Positions 21,802 through 31,484 of a DNA stretch of 64,000 nt are shown piece after piece. Origin of the DNA: Clostridia bacterium (GTDB lineage Bacteria; Bacillota; Clostridia; Christensenellales; DTU072). Position numbers and translations under genes: made by a program. The stretch spans positions 5,237-69,236 of the forward strand of contig JAFVRJ010000016.1 of the NCBI GenBank assembly GCA_017504305.1, written 5' to 3'. The notes beneath the pieces are model-generated. The model was given only the letters and a program-made list of their open reading frames with translations. It was not told the DNA's origin and searched no databases. The first letter of the stretch is position 1; each line of letters starts with the position of its first letter.

Positions 21802-22476
21802 TTATTTGGTTTCGGGTTCAATAACTTCAACTTGTACTTCTTCTACTGCCTCGGTGGGTTCAACGTAAGTGCCTTCTTTGATAGCTTTTTTCTTTGCAAG
21901 GATACCTTTGATGATACCGATTGCTTGCTTAAGATAATTGAAGAAAGCTATATAAGTTAGCACTAAACCAACTCCGAGAACGATCCAATCGACATAGGCT
22001 TTGTCTACCCAATAAGGATGGAAGAAGCTTAATACGATTGCAATACAAATTACCAATGAAGCAATCTTGCCCATATAGTTTGCTTTGATATTTTTAGCGT
22101 CGCCTGCCATAAAGAAACCGCCGATAATCATAACGACTTCTTTTAAGATTAGTATGACGATAAACGCCCAATGAACGTAACCGATGATAACCAAAGAAAG
22201 TACTGCCGAACATTGCATAAGTTTATCTGCAAAAGGATCGGCTATTTCGCCAAGTTGCGAGCCTTGATTAAAGCGTCTTGCAATCCAACCGTCGAAAAGA
22301 TCGGATACCGCTGCAACAACCAAAATAATTAAGCCGATCAACGGGAATACGTAATTACCTAAAGGTAGGTAAGTCATAGGATCGATGGTACACCACATAA
22401 TAAACGGAACCGCGATAATACGGAACAACGTAATCATATTGGGTATAGTCCAAAAATCTTTAAATAAAGTTTTCAT
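21802..22476 (-). CDS. pgsA: CDP-alcohol phosphatidyltransferase (PgsA-like)
   Basis: TIPNMITLFRI, DLFDGWIARRFNQGSQLGEIADPFADK signature. Confidence 0.8.
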   Translation of the reverse strand: MKTLFKDFWTIPNMITLFRIIAVPFIMWCTIDPMTYLPLGNYVFPLIGLIILVVAAVSDLFDGWIARRFNQGSQLGEIADPFADKLMQCSAVLSLVIIGYVHWAFIVILILKEVVMIIGGFFMAGDAKNIKANYMGKIASLVICIAIVLSFFHPYWVDKAYVDWIVLGVGLVLTYIAFFNYLKQAIGIIKGILAKKKAIKEGTYVEPTEAVEEVQVEVIEPETK

Positions 22477-22536
22477 AAAAAATACTCCTTGATTAACAAT
22501 CAGGAGTATTATAACATACTTATATTAATATATCAA
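22477..22536 (-). promoter_or_regulatory. sigma-A promoter of pgsA-valS nested in a terminator-like hairpin
   Basis: TTGATA-17 nt-(TG)TATAAT; stem AATACTCCT/AGGAGTATT plus T-tract immediately before the ATG. Confidence 0.7.
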
Positions 22537-22595
22537 ACTAATTTAACACCATTTACTTTATAAGTAAAAGTTTGATTTTGGCTACTTTATTCCAT

Positions 22596-23579
22596 TTATC
22601 TTTTGTTACCCAATATGTTTTGGTACTTTGTTTCAGCGTTCATAATCAAATCGTATGCACCCTTGATAACTGCAGTTTCGGGTTCCTCAATTACGTGTAC
22701 GGGTAACTTAAGATAGCGAGTCAGGAAATCTACAAGCCCTCTTGTATTAGCACCTTCACCAGCAATATACAAGCCGTTATCACTAACTTCTGCAAGTTTT
22801 GCATACGGCACTGTAGTCAAAACGCTTTCGATGAGTTCTGCTATTTTCTTATAGCACCAAGCGATGGGAGCACGTAACGAAGTAGCGGATATCTCGACGT
22901 TTTTGATACGACCGTCCAACAGATCTTGTCCCGTGGCATCCATAACCGATACGTCGTTATCACTCAAACTGCCGATGCCTTTTTTAAGCTTTTCAGCCAT
23001 GGACCAAGTTATGCGTAAGTTATAGGTTTTTAATACCTGCTCAATAATTTTTTCATTGACGGTATTACCGCTTATATTTACGGTGCATCCGGTGATGATG
23101 CCATCGCCGTTTATAACTCCGATTTCGGTGGTACCACCGCCAAACAACGCAACAACCCTATTGCTATCGCCAAGTACGGGCAAAAGTCCAAACAAGCTTT
23201 CGACCAACGTTATATCCTTGTAACCGGTTTTTTGAACGGCTATTTCCAAGCTATCGCGCTCTGCGCCTGATAACCCCGAAGGTATCAGCACGTAAAGCTC
23301 TACGGGATTAAAGCTTTTTGCGACAACCTTTTCAAGATAGTATTCTAAAATCTTTGCATAAACGTCCGGACGAACTACAACGCCGTCCCTTACAGGATTA
23401 ACAAGCGAACAATGTTCCGGCAAAGCGGTCATTTTTAACGCCTCGTTGCCAACAGCAATAAGCTCTATCGAGTTACCGCGCTTAATAACCGCTACGTTAG
23501 GCTCGCGTAGCAAAAAGCCTCCACCATAGATGGATATATTAGATGAGCCTGCGTCTATAACGAATTTTTGCTTTTGCAT
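22596..23579 (-). CDS. Divergent MreB/Mbl-family actin-like protein
   Basis: IDAGSSN, REPNVAV, NPVRDGVV, GGGTTEIG, AEKLKKGIG, GQDLLDG, PETAVIKGA; follows maf. Confidence 0.75.
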   Translation of the reverse strand: MQKQKFVIDAGSSNISIYGGGFLLREPNVAVIKRGNSIELIAVGNEALKMTALPEHCSLVNPVRDGVVVRPDVYAKILEYYLEKVVAKSFNPVELYVLIPSGLSGAERDSLEIAVQKTGYKDITLVESLFGLLPVLGDSNRVVALFGGGTTEIGVINGDGIITGCTVNISGNTVNEKIIEQVLKTYNLRITWSMAEKLKKGIGSLSDNDVSVMDATGQDLLDGRIKNVEISATSLRAPIAWCYKKIAELIESVLTTVPYAKLAEVSDNGLYIAGEGANTRGLVDFLTRYLKLPVHVIEEPETAVIKGAYDLIMNAETKYQNILGNKR

Positions 23580-23581
23580 AA

Positions 23582-24133
23582 TTATATTATCTTCTTTTCC
23601 TTGAGAATTTCTTCGAGTTTTTCCATCGGAAGTCCCACTACGTTGGAGTAGGAACCATTGAGCTTTTCAACCACTACACCGTCTTGCACAGCGTATGCCC
23701 CTGCTTTATCTAAACAATAATGGGTGGATAAATACTCTTTGATTTGAGCCTCGCTCATAGGATAAAAAGTAACGTCCGTCGATACGGAATAACACTCTCT
23801 TACACCATTGTAGCTTATAGCCAGTCCCGATACGACTACGTGAGTTTTACCCTCGAGTTCTTTTAGCATTCTTACAGCATCCGTTTCGTCAATGGGCTTG
23901 CCATAGTAAATACCGTCTTTGTACACCAAAGTGTCCGACGCTATGATTAGATCGTACCTTTCGGGACTCTCGACCGCAAGCAGTTTGCGTAGAGCTATTT
24001 CTTTAACCGTTTCTTCGGGAGTTTCACCCTTAAAATGCTCGTCTGCCGGATAGCTTTCGATAGCAAACTCCGGCAGTACGGTTTTTAACAATTCTTTGCG
24101 CCTCGGGGATTGCGAAGCGAGCAATACTTTCAT
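23582..24133 (-). CDS. maf: Maf family nucleotide pyrophosphatase
   Basis: LASQSPRRKELL, SDTLV, GKP, DKAGAYAVQ, SNVVGLP. Confidence 0.93.
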   Translation of the reverse strand: MKVLLASQSPRRKELLKTVLPEFAIESYPADEHFKGETPEETVKEIALRKLLAVESPERYDLIIASDTLVYKDGIYYGKPIDETDAVRMLKELEGKTHVVVSGLAISYNGVRECYSVSTDVTFYPMSEAQIKEYLSTHYCLDKAGAYAVQDGVVVEKLNGSYSNVVGLPMEKLEEILKEKKII

Positions 24134-24136
24134 ATC

Positions 24137-25648
24137 TTATAATATTTCCAAATTCTTCTTGAAGGCGCGTTTGAAATCGCCAAGTGCGGTAAGAGCATCT
24201 TTGATTTCAAGAGTGCAATCGCCTTGCGACTTGGTCTTTAAGATTACCGAGTCGCCTAATACGTCGCAAGAAATACCTACGATAGCACCACCGCAACTGC
24301 GGTCAAAGCACTCTGCTATACGTACTATAACACCAAGCTTGCGTACTGCAATAATCTCTTCCTCGGTCAAAAGCTCAAGATACTTTTGGCAATCGAGTTG
24401 CTCAAGGCTATCTTTATAGTGGAGAGCCGCTACCATCGATGCCATAATCAAATCCTTTTGCGGAATACCGTAAAGGTTGCTGTTCAAAATCATGTACATC
24501 GAGTGCTTGTGGTGATCGTAGAACTTCATGCTCGATCCGATATCGTGGAGCATACTTGCTACGCGCAAAATCTTAACGTACGGACGAGGTAATTTATGTA
24601 TAACCTTAACTTGTCTAAAGAGTTGCATAGAAAGATCAAACACGTGCTCTGCGTGTTGAATATTCATATTGAAATGATGCAACAAAGTGTAAATGCTATG
24701 TCCCAAAATATCGCTGATGGGCTTTTCGGTAATGGTGGGACATGCATAACGAAGCATTGCGCCCTCTCTCATACCGGCGCCACCGATAACGATTTCATTG
24801 AAGTTGGTACGCATCTTGAGCGCATCCAATACTGCAAGAGCTGCGGGGAATATATCTGCACGAGCGCTGGAAAGACCTTTGATACGCATGAGCTTTTCGG
24901 GCTCTAAAGGTTTGATGGTATCGTAAATGGTCTCGAGCTCAGCAAACGGAATATGGTAGTTGTGAGCCATATCCAAAGGATACTTTTTGAGTTTACGGCT
25001 AATTTTACCCAAGTTACGCAACGATCCGCCTACGCCAATAAGTTGGGTTTCGGGATCAAGTTCTTTGAGCCAAGCAAGTTGGTCAAGATGTTCGCCAACG
25101 TATTGAGTAATGGCTTGTAAACAATCTTCGGGAGAACCGTGCTTTGCAAATTTTTCGGTCAAAGTCAACGCGCCGAAAGGTAGCGTATCTTGAGCGATCA
25201 TAACTCTTCTATTGTAATAGATGAGTTTTACCGAACCGCCGCCGATATCAATAATAAGTCCCTTGGGCACTTCCATAGAGTTGATAACGCCTTGATAAAC
25301 GAACATCGCTTCGTCTTCTTGCGATATTACTTGGAGTTTGATGCCACAAGCAGTTTGAACTTCTTCAATAAAGGATTTTTGGTTTTTAGCTCTTCTTACG
25401 GCAGCGGTTGCATATGCAAACACCTTAGTTACGCCGTGACTTTCGTATAACGTACGGAAGGTGCGAAGCGTTTTGATGGTTTGAGCAATGCGAAGAGGAC
25501 GTAAGAATCCGTCTATCTCCATATCTTGAGCAAGCCTTACCGGCTCTTTAAGCTCGTCGACAACCATAAAATATCCGCCCGGCATTACGTTTGCAATAAC
25601 AAGTCTTGCCGAGTTGCTGCCTAAGTCGATTATCGCAATTTTTTCCAT
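24137..25648 (-). CDS. ppx: Ppx/GppA family exopolyphosphatase
   Basis: IDLGSNSARL, ATAAVR, DIGGGS, GMREG, C-terminal HD domain (LHDIG). Confidence 0.88.
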   Translation of the reverse strand: MEKIAIIDLGSNSARLVIANVMPGGYFMVVDELKEPVRLAQDMEIDGFLRPLRIAQTIKTLRTFRTLYESHGVTKVFAYATAAVRRAKNQKSFIEEVQTACGIKLQVISQEDEAMFVYQGVINSMEVPKGLIIDIGGGSVKLIYYNRRVMIAQDTLPFGALTLTEKFAKHGSPEDCLQAITQYVGEHLDQLAWLKELDPETQLIGVGGSLRNLGKISRKLKKYPLDMAHNYHIPFAELETIYDTIKPLEPEKLMRIKGLSSARADIFPAALAVLDALKMRTNFNEIVIGGAGMREGAMLRYACPTITEKPISDILGHSIYTLLHHFNMNIQHAEHVFDLSMQLFRQVKVIHKLPRPYVKILRVASMLHDIGSSMKFYDHHKHSMYMILNSNLYGIPQKDLIMASMVAALHYKDSLEQLDCQKYLELLTEEEIIAVRKLGVIVRIAECFDRSCGGAIVGISCDVLGDSVILKTKSQGDCTLEIKDALTALGDFKRAFKKNLEIL

Positions 25649-25687
25649 AATAATCCCTTCCTTCTATAGTTTTCGTAGTTAGATCCG

Positions 25688-26641
25688 CTAAATGCGGTTG
25701 AGGGTCTCCCCACTTAAGTATGATTGTAAATTATTTGCGGCAATAGACATCAATGCGCTTCTTGCCTCTACCGTCGCCCACGCTACGTGAGGAGTTATGA
25801 CGGTGTTTTTTGCTGTAAGTAGCGGATTATCCGCTTGGGCAGGCTCCGTTGCAAGTACGTCTAACCCCGCACCGGCAATCCTACCTTCGTTAAGGGCGTT
25901 TGCAAGAGCGAATTCATCTATCAATCCGCCTCTTGCCGTATTTATGAGTACCGCGCTACGCTTGAACTTTGATAACGAGTTTTCGTTTATCATCTTTACG
26001 TTGGAGCTATCTAACGGACAGTTCAAAGAAACTACGTCCGAAAGGCTATATAACTCGTCTAAAGACTCTACGTAGCGGAAGCCTTCCTCTTTTGCATGCC
26101 TTGAACGACTATATAGAAGTACCTCCATGCCGTATGCCTTTGCAACTTCTGCAACGCGTAAGCCAATCCTACCGGCACCAACTATACCCATAGTCTTACC
26201 GTATATTTGGCGCATACCGCTTTTGTAGTAGCAAAAATCGGGTGAATTAACCCATCCGCCCTCTTTTACACTGCTATCGTGATAACCAATACCTGAATAT
26301 AACTCCGTTAGCAATCCGAATACCGTTTGAACGACTGATTCGGTACTGTATGCGGGGATGTTAGTTACGGCTATGCCCTTTTGACGGCACGCTTCAACGT
26401 CGATATTATTATATCCAGTTGCAAGAACGCCTACGTATTTTAGTTGAGGTAACGATTGGATAATATTTGCATCTATCGTGCATTTGTTGGTAATCATAAT
26501 CTCGGCGTTGCCCATCCTTTCGACAATTTTATCGTAAGGAGTGCGGTCGTAAAGCACTACCTCGCCAAGAGCCTCGAACGGAGCCCAAGAGAGGTCGCCG
26601 TGATTTAAACAATATCCGTCAAGTACGATTATTTGCAACAA
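25688..26641 (-). CDS. D-2-hydroxyacid dehydrogenase (glycerate dehydrogenase/HprA-like)
   Basis: ATGYNNID, GAGRIG, INTARG, GLDVL..EP, TPHVAW. Confidence 0.9.
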   Translation of the reverse strand: MLQIIVLDGYCLNHGDLSWAPFEALGEVVLYDRTPYDKIVERMGNAEIMITNKCTIDANIIQSLPQLKYVGVLATGYNNIDVEACRQKGIAVTNIPAYSTESVVQTVFGLLTELYSGIGYHDSSVKEGGWVNSPDFCYYKSGMRQIYGKTMGIVGAGRIGLRVAEVAKAYGMEVLLYSRSRHAKEEGFRYVESLDELYSLSDVVSLNCPLDSSNVKMINENSLSKFKRSAVLINTARGGLIDEFALANALNEGRIAGAGLDVLATEPAQADNPLLTAKNTVITPHVAWATVEARSALMSIAANNLQSYLSGETLNRI

Positions 26642-26711
26642 AATTCCTCAACACAATTTTCGCTATTTACAATATAACTTAAAATTCTACTAAAGTCAAT
26701 ACTGAATTTTT

Positions 26712-26743
26712 AAAAAAACGCGCGTAACATATATACGCGCGCC
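26712..26743 (-). terminator. Intrinsic terminator after the DUF1508 gene
   Basis: CGCGCGTA...TACGCGCG stem with a T-tract on the minus strand. Confidence 0.7.
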
Positions 26744-26769
26744 TTAAATGTTTTAAACTGTATGAGGAA

Positions 26770-27579
26770 TTAAAGCGTTTCATCCTCCGTCTTATGGTAC
26801 TCTGAAATGCGTTTGATACTTTCGACACCCTTTAAGCAATTTGCTTTGGAGGTGTATCCTTGAGATGCTAAAACGTTTGATGCGTTAGCTGCAACCAAAC
26901 GGAAACGGAATTTATCTTCGTTATCGCGATAAATTTCGAATACCGCTTTACCTATGGCGCGAACGTAGTTGCTATTGACGGTGGTATCAACAACGATTGC
27001 GTTCACGGCTGCGTGCTCTACCGCCTTAATGCCTGATTTACACGTCGCTTTAGCAACGTATCCTTGCGAGTGACCTACGGTGCATCCGTTGGAACTACGT
27101 ACGCGGAAACGGAATTTACCGCCGTTATCGCGATAAATACAGAAGGTTCCGGGAAGTTTGCCGTCTTCCGGGGAGGGATTGGGCTCGCCAAAGCTACTTT
27201 TCTTTTCTGCAGGAAGGTGCTCGGTTGCCGTCTTGCTCTTGCGTACGGGACGTTTTTTCTCCCTAACAGGCGTCATAATTACAGTTTGCTCGGATTTGGA
27301 GTTACCGCTCTTTACTACTACTGCTCCGTTATCATGCATAACTTCTTCCTCAACAATGGGAGAAAGTTCGATATCTTCAATTGAAGTATAACTATCGTTA
27401 TTGCCTTCTAACAAAGCGGCGGCTTCCTCTTTAGCTACCTTACGCTCGACGGCCTTTTTCTTTGCCGATGCAACTATCAAAATAATAGCAATTAATAAAA
27501 CAATAGCTGCTGCAATAAGTATGTAGCGGTTGTAGCCGGTTTCAATAAAAGTTTTTACGCTTTCAAAAACTTCGTTCAT
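26770..27579 (-). CDS. Membrane-anchored protein with tandem YegP/DUF1508 domains
   Basis: N-terminal TM helix; two repeats F.IYRDNxxKFRFR.....N......SQGY..KA.C..G... Confidence 0.78.
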   Translation of the reverse strand: MNEVFESVKTFIETGYNRYILIAAAIVLLIAIILIVASAKKKAVERKVAKEEAAALLEGNNDSYTSIEDIELSPIVEEEVMHDNGAVVVKSGNSKSEQTVIMTPVREKKRPVRKSKTATEHLPAEKKSSFGEPNPSPEDGKLPGTFCIYRDNGGKFRFRVRSSNGCTVGHSQGYVAKATCKSGIKAVEHAAVNAIVVDTTVNSNYVRAIGKAVFEIYRDNEDKFRFRLVAANASNVLASQGYTSKANCLKGVESIKRISEYHKTEDETL

Positions 27580-27606
27580 ATTTATACCTCCTGTTTTGGG
27601 GTTATC

Positions 27607-29433
27607 TTATCCTCTACGCTCTTTCATTACGGCACGCATACGCAACTCGTGTGAAAGAATATTTTTGCGGATACGTAGCGATTTGGGAGTTACTTCCAAC
27701 ATCTCGTCGGGCTCTAAAAATTCAATGCACTCTTCAAGTGAGAACTTGCGAGGAGTTTCCAGTCTCAACGCTTCATCAGAGCCTGCCGCACGCATATTGG
27801 TAACGTGCTTACGCTTACATACGTTAACGGCAATATCTTCTTGTTTGGGGGACATGCCTACTACCATACCTTGGTAAACGGGCGTGCCCGGCTCGATAAA
27901 TAATACGCCTCTGCCTTGCGCGTTGAAGAGTCCGTAAGTGCAAGCTTCGCCCGTTTCAAAAGCGACCAAAGCGCCCACTTGTCTACGAGGCATTGCTCCC
28001 TTCAAAGGCTCGTAACCTTCGAAAATACTATTCATGATGCCTTCGCCACGGGTTTCCGTCATAAAGTCAGAACGGTATCCCAAAAGTCCACGTTCAGGGA
28101 TAACAAATTCAAGCTTTATACGACTATTCATAGGAGTCATATTGATGAGCTCTCCTTGACGTTTACCCATGTTTTCCATAACCGTTCCAACGCACTCCGA
28201 GGGTACGTCAACGTACAATCTTTCGATAGGCTCGTGTACTACTCCGTCGATGGTTTTAGTTATAACTTTAGGGGTGCTTACTTGGAACTCATAGCCCTCA
28301 CGGCGCATGTTTTCGATAAGGATAGAAAGGTGAATTTCACCTCTGCCGGATACTATGAAAGAGTCTGCTCTATCGCCGTCCTCTACCTTAAGCGATACGT
28401 CTTTAAGGAGTTCTTTATAAAGTCTTGCGCGCAAATGACGGGAGGTAACGTACTTACCTTCTTTGCCTGCAAAGGGACTGTCGTTAACGGCAAATAGCAT
28501 TTGTAACGTAGGCTCGCTAATCTTTACAAAACTGAGGGGCTCAACGCATAAGGGGTTGCAAATGGTTTCGCCGATAGTAACGTTCTCAATACCGCTAAAG
28601 CTTACTATGTCGCCCACCTTGGCCCTTTCTACCGTTCTCTTGTTAAGACCAGTGAATTGATAAATGTTGGTTATTTTAGCCCTATAATTGACCGAGGGAT
28701 CGTGGTAGTTGCAAACGGTTATTTCGCTGTTAGCGTTCATAACGCCACGCTCGATACGACCGATAGCAATACGACCTACGTACTCGTTGTAATCGATTGC
28801 GCTAACCAATACTTGCAAAGGCTCATCTTCTTCGCCCTCGGGAGGATCGATGTGATTCAATATCGCATCAAATAAGGGTGATAGGTTTGTGCCGGGCGTA
28901 GATGCCGACGTCGAAGCCGTACCCGCTCTACCGGAGCAGTAAATAATGGGGCTTTCAAGTTGCTCATCGGTGGCGTTAAGGTCCAATAGAAGCTCGTATA
29001 CTTCGTCTAATACCTCTGCAAGACGTGCATCGGGTTTATCTACTTTGTTGATGCAGATGATAACTTTATGATTCATTTCCAAAGCCTTTTGGAGAACGAA
29101 TCTCGTTTGAGGCATAGGTCCTTCGTAAGCGTCTACTAAAAGGACTACGCCGTTGATCATCTTGAGTACTCTTTCTACTTCGCCCGAGAAGTCCGCGTGT
29201 CCGGGGGTGTCTACAACGTTGATCTTTACTCCCTTATACATGCAAGAGGTGTTTTTAGCAAGTATGGTGATACCTCTTTCACGCTCGAGAGGGTTGTTGT
29301 CCATTACGCAGTTTTCTACCACTTGGTTATCACGGAAAACGCCACCTTGACGAAGCATGGCGTCTACGAGAGTAGTCTTACCGTGGTCTACGTGAGCTAT
29401 TATAGCAATGTTTCTTAAATCGTCTCTAATCAT
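27607..29433 (-). CDS. typA: Translational GTPase TypA/BipA
   Basis: NIAIIAHVDHGKTTLVD, ERGITILAK, DTPGHADF, GRGEIHLSILIENMRREG. Confidence 0.97.
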   Translation of the reverse strand: MIRDDLRNIAIIAHVDHGKTTLVDAMLRQGGVFRDNQVVENCVMDNNPLERERGITILAKNTSCMYKGVKINVVDTPGHADFSGEVERVLKMINGVVLLVDAYEGPMPQTRFVLQKALEMNHKVIICINKVDKPDARLAEVLDEVYELLLDLNATDEQLESPIIYCSGRAGTASTSASTPGTNLSPLFDAILNHIDPPEGEEDEPLQVLVSAIDYNEYVGRIAIGRIERGVMNANSEITVCNYHDPSVNYRAKITNIYQFTGLNKRTVERAKVGDIVSFSGIENVTIGETICNPLCVEPLSFVKISEPTLQMLFAVNDSPFAGKEGKYVTSRHLRARLYKELLKDVSLKVEDGDRADSFIVSGRGEIHLSILIENMRREGYEFQVSTPKVITKTIDGVVHEPIERLYVDVPSECVGTVMENMGKRQGELINMTPMNSRIKLEFVIPERGLLGYRSDFMTETRGEGIMNSIFEGYEPLKGAMPRRQVGALVAFETGEACTYGLFNAQGRGVLFIEPGTPVYQGMVVGMSPKQEDIAVNVCKRKHVTNMRAAGSDEALRLETPRKFSLEECIEFLEPDEMLEVTPKSLRIRKNILSHELRMRAVMKERRG

Positions 29434-30194
29434 ACTGTTTGTTCAATTATCGTGTACGGAATCTCTTCATCGTACAACTCGTAAATCTCTTTATTGTGAA
29501 TATATTCCTTTACTCCGTTAACGTTTACGTACAATACCGGTCTAATGTAGAACTGCCAAGTTCCGCTACCCACAGGGAAGTTAAAGGTTACCCCTTCGTG
29601 TAGTTCGAGTAACGAATAAGCATACGGTTGAAGTGAATTTTGATCACGTTCTTCACCGGGACCGATAGCATCTACTTCGTAGTAGTTGATGGTAAATTGT
29701 TCCCCTTTATACACGTAAGTAACGGGATAAAAATAATCCATATCGATTTGATAACCTTGGTTACCTACGTTCTTAAAGGTTATTCCTCTGAAAGGATCGA
29801 GCGTCAACGGCACGACGTTATAGCTATACCACTCGCTAAAATCAGAGGTGTTGGACTCATATTTACCAAGCGCTTTAATGCGGAACTTCAGTTCCCCTTT
29901 TACACGCTTTATAGTAAGCTCGGTGCCACCGATTTCATTTGCGGTATAGACGGTATCGGGATAGACGGAGTATATATACTCTACAGTATAAACCCTTGCT
30001 CCCGATACTTTATTCCAACTGATAGTAATGGTATAATCGGGCTCACCGACGACGGAGGTAACCTCTGCGGTCGGTGTCTTAAGCTTGCGATGCATAACAC
30101 CGTATACGGCGCCGTAGGTGCCTCCTGCAACCGCCAACACCGCGACGATGATAATTATCACCAGCCATTTTTTTGCGAGCCCTAATTTTGCCAT
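29430..30194 (-). CDS. Hypothetical membrane-anchored protein with an FN3-like segment
   Basis: N-terminal TM helix; 'ISWNKVSGARVYTVEY...FRIKALG...SDFSEW' resembles fibronectin type III; overlaps the typA start. Confidence 0.55.
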   Translation of the reverse strand: MAKLGLAKKWLVIIIIVAVLAVAGGTYGAVYGVMHRKLKTPTAEVTSVVGEPDYTITISWNKVSGARVYTVEYIYSVYPDTVYTANEIGGTELTIKRVKGELKFRIKALGKYESNTSDFSEWYSYNVVPLTLDPFRGITFKNVGNQGYQIDMDYFYPVTYVYKGEQFTINYYEVDAIGPGEERDQNSLQPYAYSLLELHEGVTFNFPVGSGTWQFYIRPVLYVNVNGVKEYIHNKEIYELYDEEIPYTIIEQTV

Positions 30195-30199
30195 TTTAA

Positions 30200-31450
30200 C
30201 TATTTCCTTGCGCTTACCTTCTTGAGGTTTGCAAACTTGGGTAGACCATCTTCAAGGGGAGAGTTGCTTGCGCCTTGGATAAGGGGAAGTGCGTACTCAA
30301 CGTATTCCTTGGTGAGGCCGGTGCCTGCTTCGTTAATCCACTCGAGGGGAACTTTCTTCTCGGTGTTAGCAGCAAGTTCTACGGGCATGAGCTTGTAGAT
30401 GCACTTGTAAGAGCCACTGCTCATATCGCGTTCGAATACTACCATCTTATCGGTTTCGCCTTCGCAAGCAGCCTTAACTGCGGTACGGCCTGCAGTAAAT
30501 GCTTCTTCGATATCGGTGCCGGAAGCAAGGTGTGCGCCACAACGTTGCATGAGGTTGAACTCGATACCACGTACTTTAACGCCGAATTTTTGGTTTACGA
30601 GGTCAGCAAGTTGTGCTGCTAAACCGCCGAGTTGGGTGTGGCCGAAGCCGTCCTTTGCTTTAGCTGCGGAAAGGGTTTCAACGATGAAGTTACCGTCCTT
30701 ATCGCGGATGCCTTCGGATACGCAAGCGATACATTTGCCGTTGTTCTTATCCATAACTGCCTTAACGTCAGCAACGAACTTCTCAACCGAGAAGGGAACT
30801 TCGGGGAGGTAGATAAGGTCTGCGCCGAGGCCTTTGTAATCTGCAAGGGCTGCAGCTGCGGTTAACCAACCTGCGTTACGTCCCATGATTTCTACAACTG
30901 CTACTTGACCCTTGTCGTATACTTTAGCGTCGAGGTTGAGCTCCATGAGGGTGGTTGCAACGTATTTTGCTGCGCTACCGTAACCGGGGCAGTGATCGGT
31001 GCCGTAAAGGTCGTTATCGATGGTCTTCGGAACACCGATGATGTTGCACTCGTAACCGCTCTTGAGGAGGTACTTGCTGATCTTGTTGCAGGTATCCATG
31101 GAGTCGTTACCGCCGTTGTAGAAGAAATAACGAACGTTGTACTTTTTGAAAACCTCAAGGATTCTCTTATAATCGGTTTCGTCTACGCTTGCGTCTTTAA
31201 GTTTATATCTAACGGAGCCAAGGCTCGAGGAAGGAGTGTTCTTAAGAAGTAAAAGTTCTTCTTTGTCTTCTTGACCGATATCGTAAAAGTCCTCTTCGAG
31301 GATACCTTTAATACCGTGTGCTGCACCGTAAACTGCAGTGATGTTCTTTTGCTCAAGAGCTTCGATAAATACGCCCGCTGCGCTTGCGTTAATAACGGAG
31401 GTCGGACCACCGGATTGACCGAACATACATGCTCCTACCAAATTCTTCAT
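30200..31450 (-). CDS. Phosphofructokinase, predicted PPi-dependent
   Basis: QSGGPTSVIN, GGNDS, PKTIDND, MGRNAGW; start at MKNLVG after AGGAG. Confidence 0.88.
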   Translation of the reverse strand: MKNLVGACMFGQSGGPTSVINASAAGVFIEALEQKNITAVYGAAHGIKGILEEDFYDIGQEDKEELLLLKNTPSSSLGSVRYKLKDASVDETDYKRILEVFKKYNVRYFFYNGGNDSMDTCNKISKYLLKSGYECNIIGVPKTIDNDLYGTDHCPGYGSAAKYVATTLMELNLDAKVYDKGQVAVVEIMGRNAGWLTAAAALADYKGLGADLIYLPEVPFSVEKFVADVKAVMDKNNGKCIACVSEGIRDKDGNFIVETLSAAKAKDGFGHTQLGGLAAQLADLVNQKFGVKVRGIEFNLMQRCGAHLASGTDIEEAFTAGRTAVKAACEGETDKMVVFERDMSSGSYKCIYKLMPVELAANTEKKVPLEWINEAGTGLTKEYVEYALPLIQGASNSPLEDGLPKFANLKKVSARK

Positions 31451-31484
31451 AGTAAAATCTCCTTTTGTATATGTTAATAAATTT

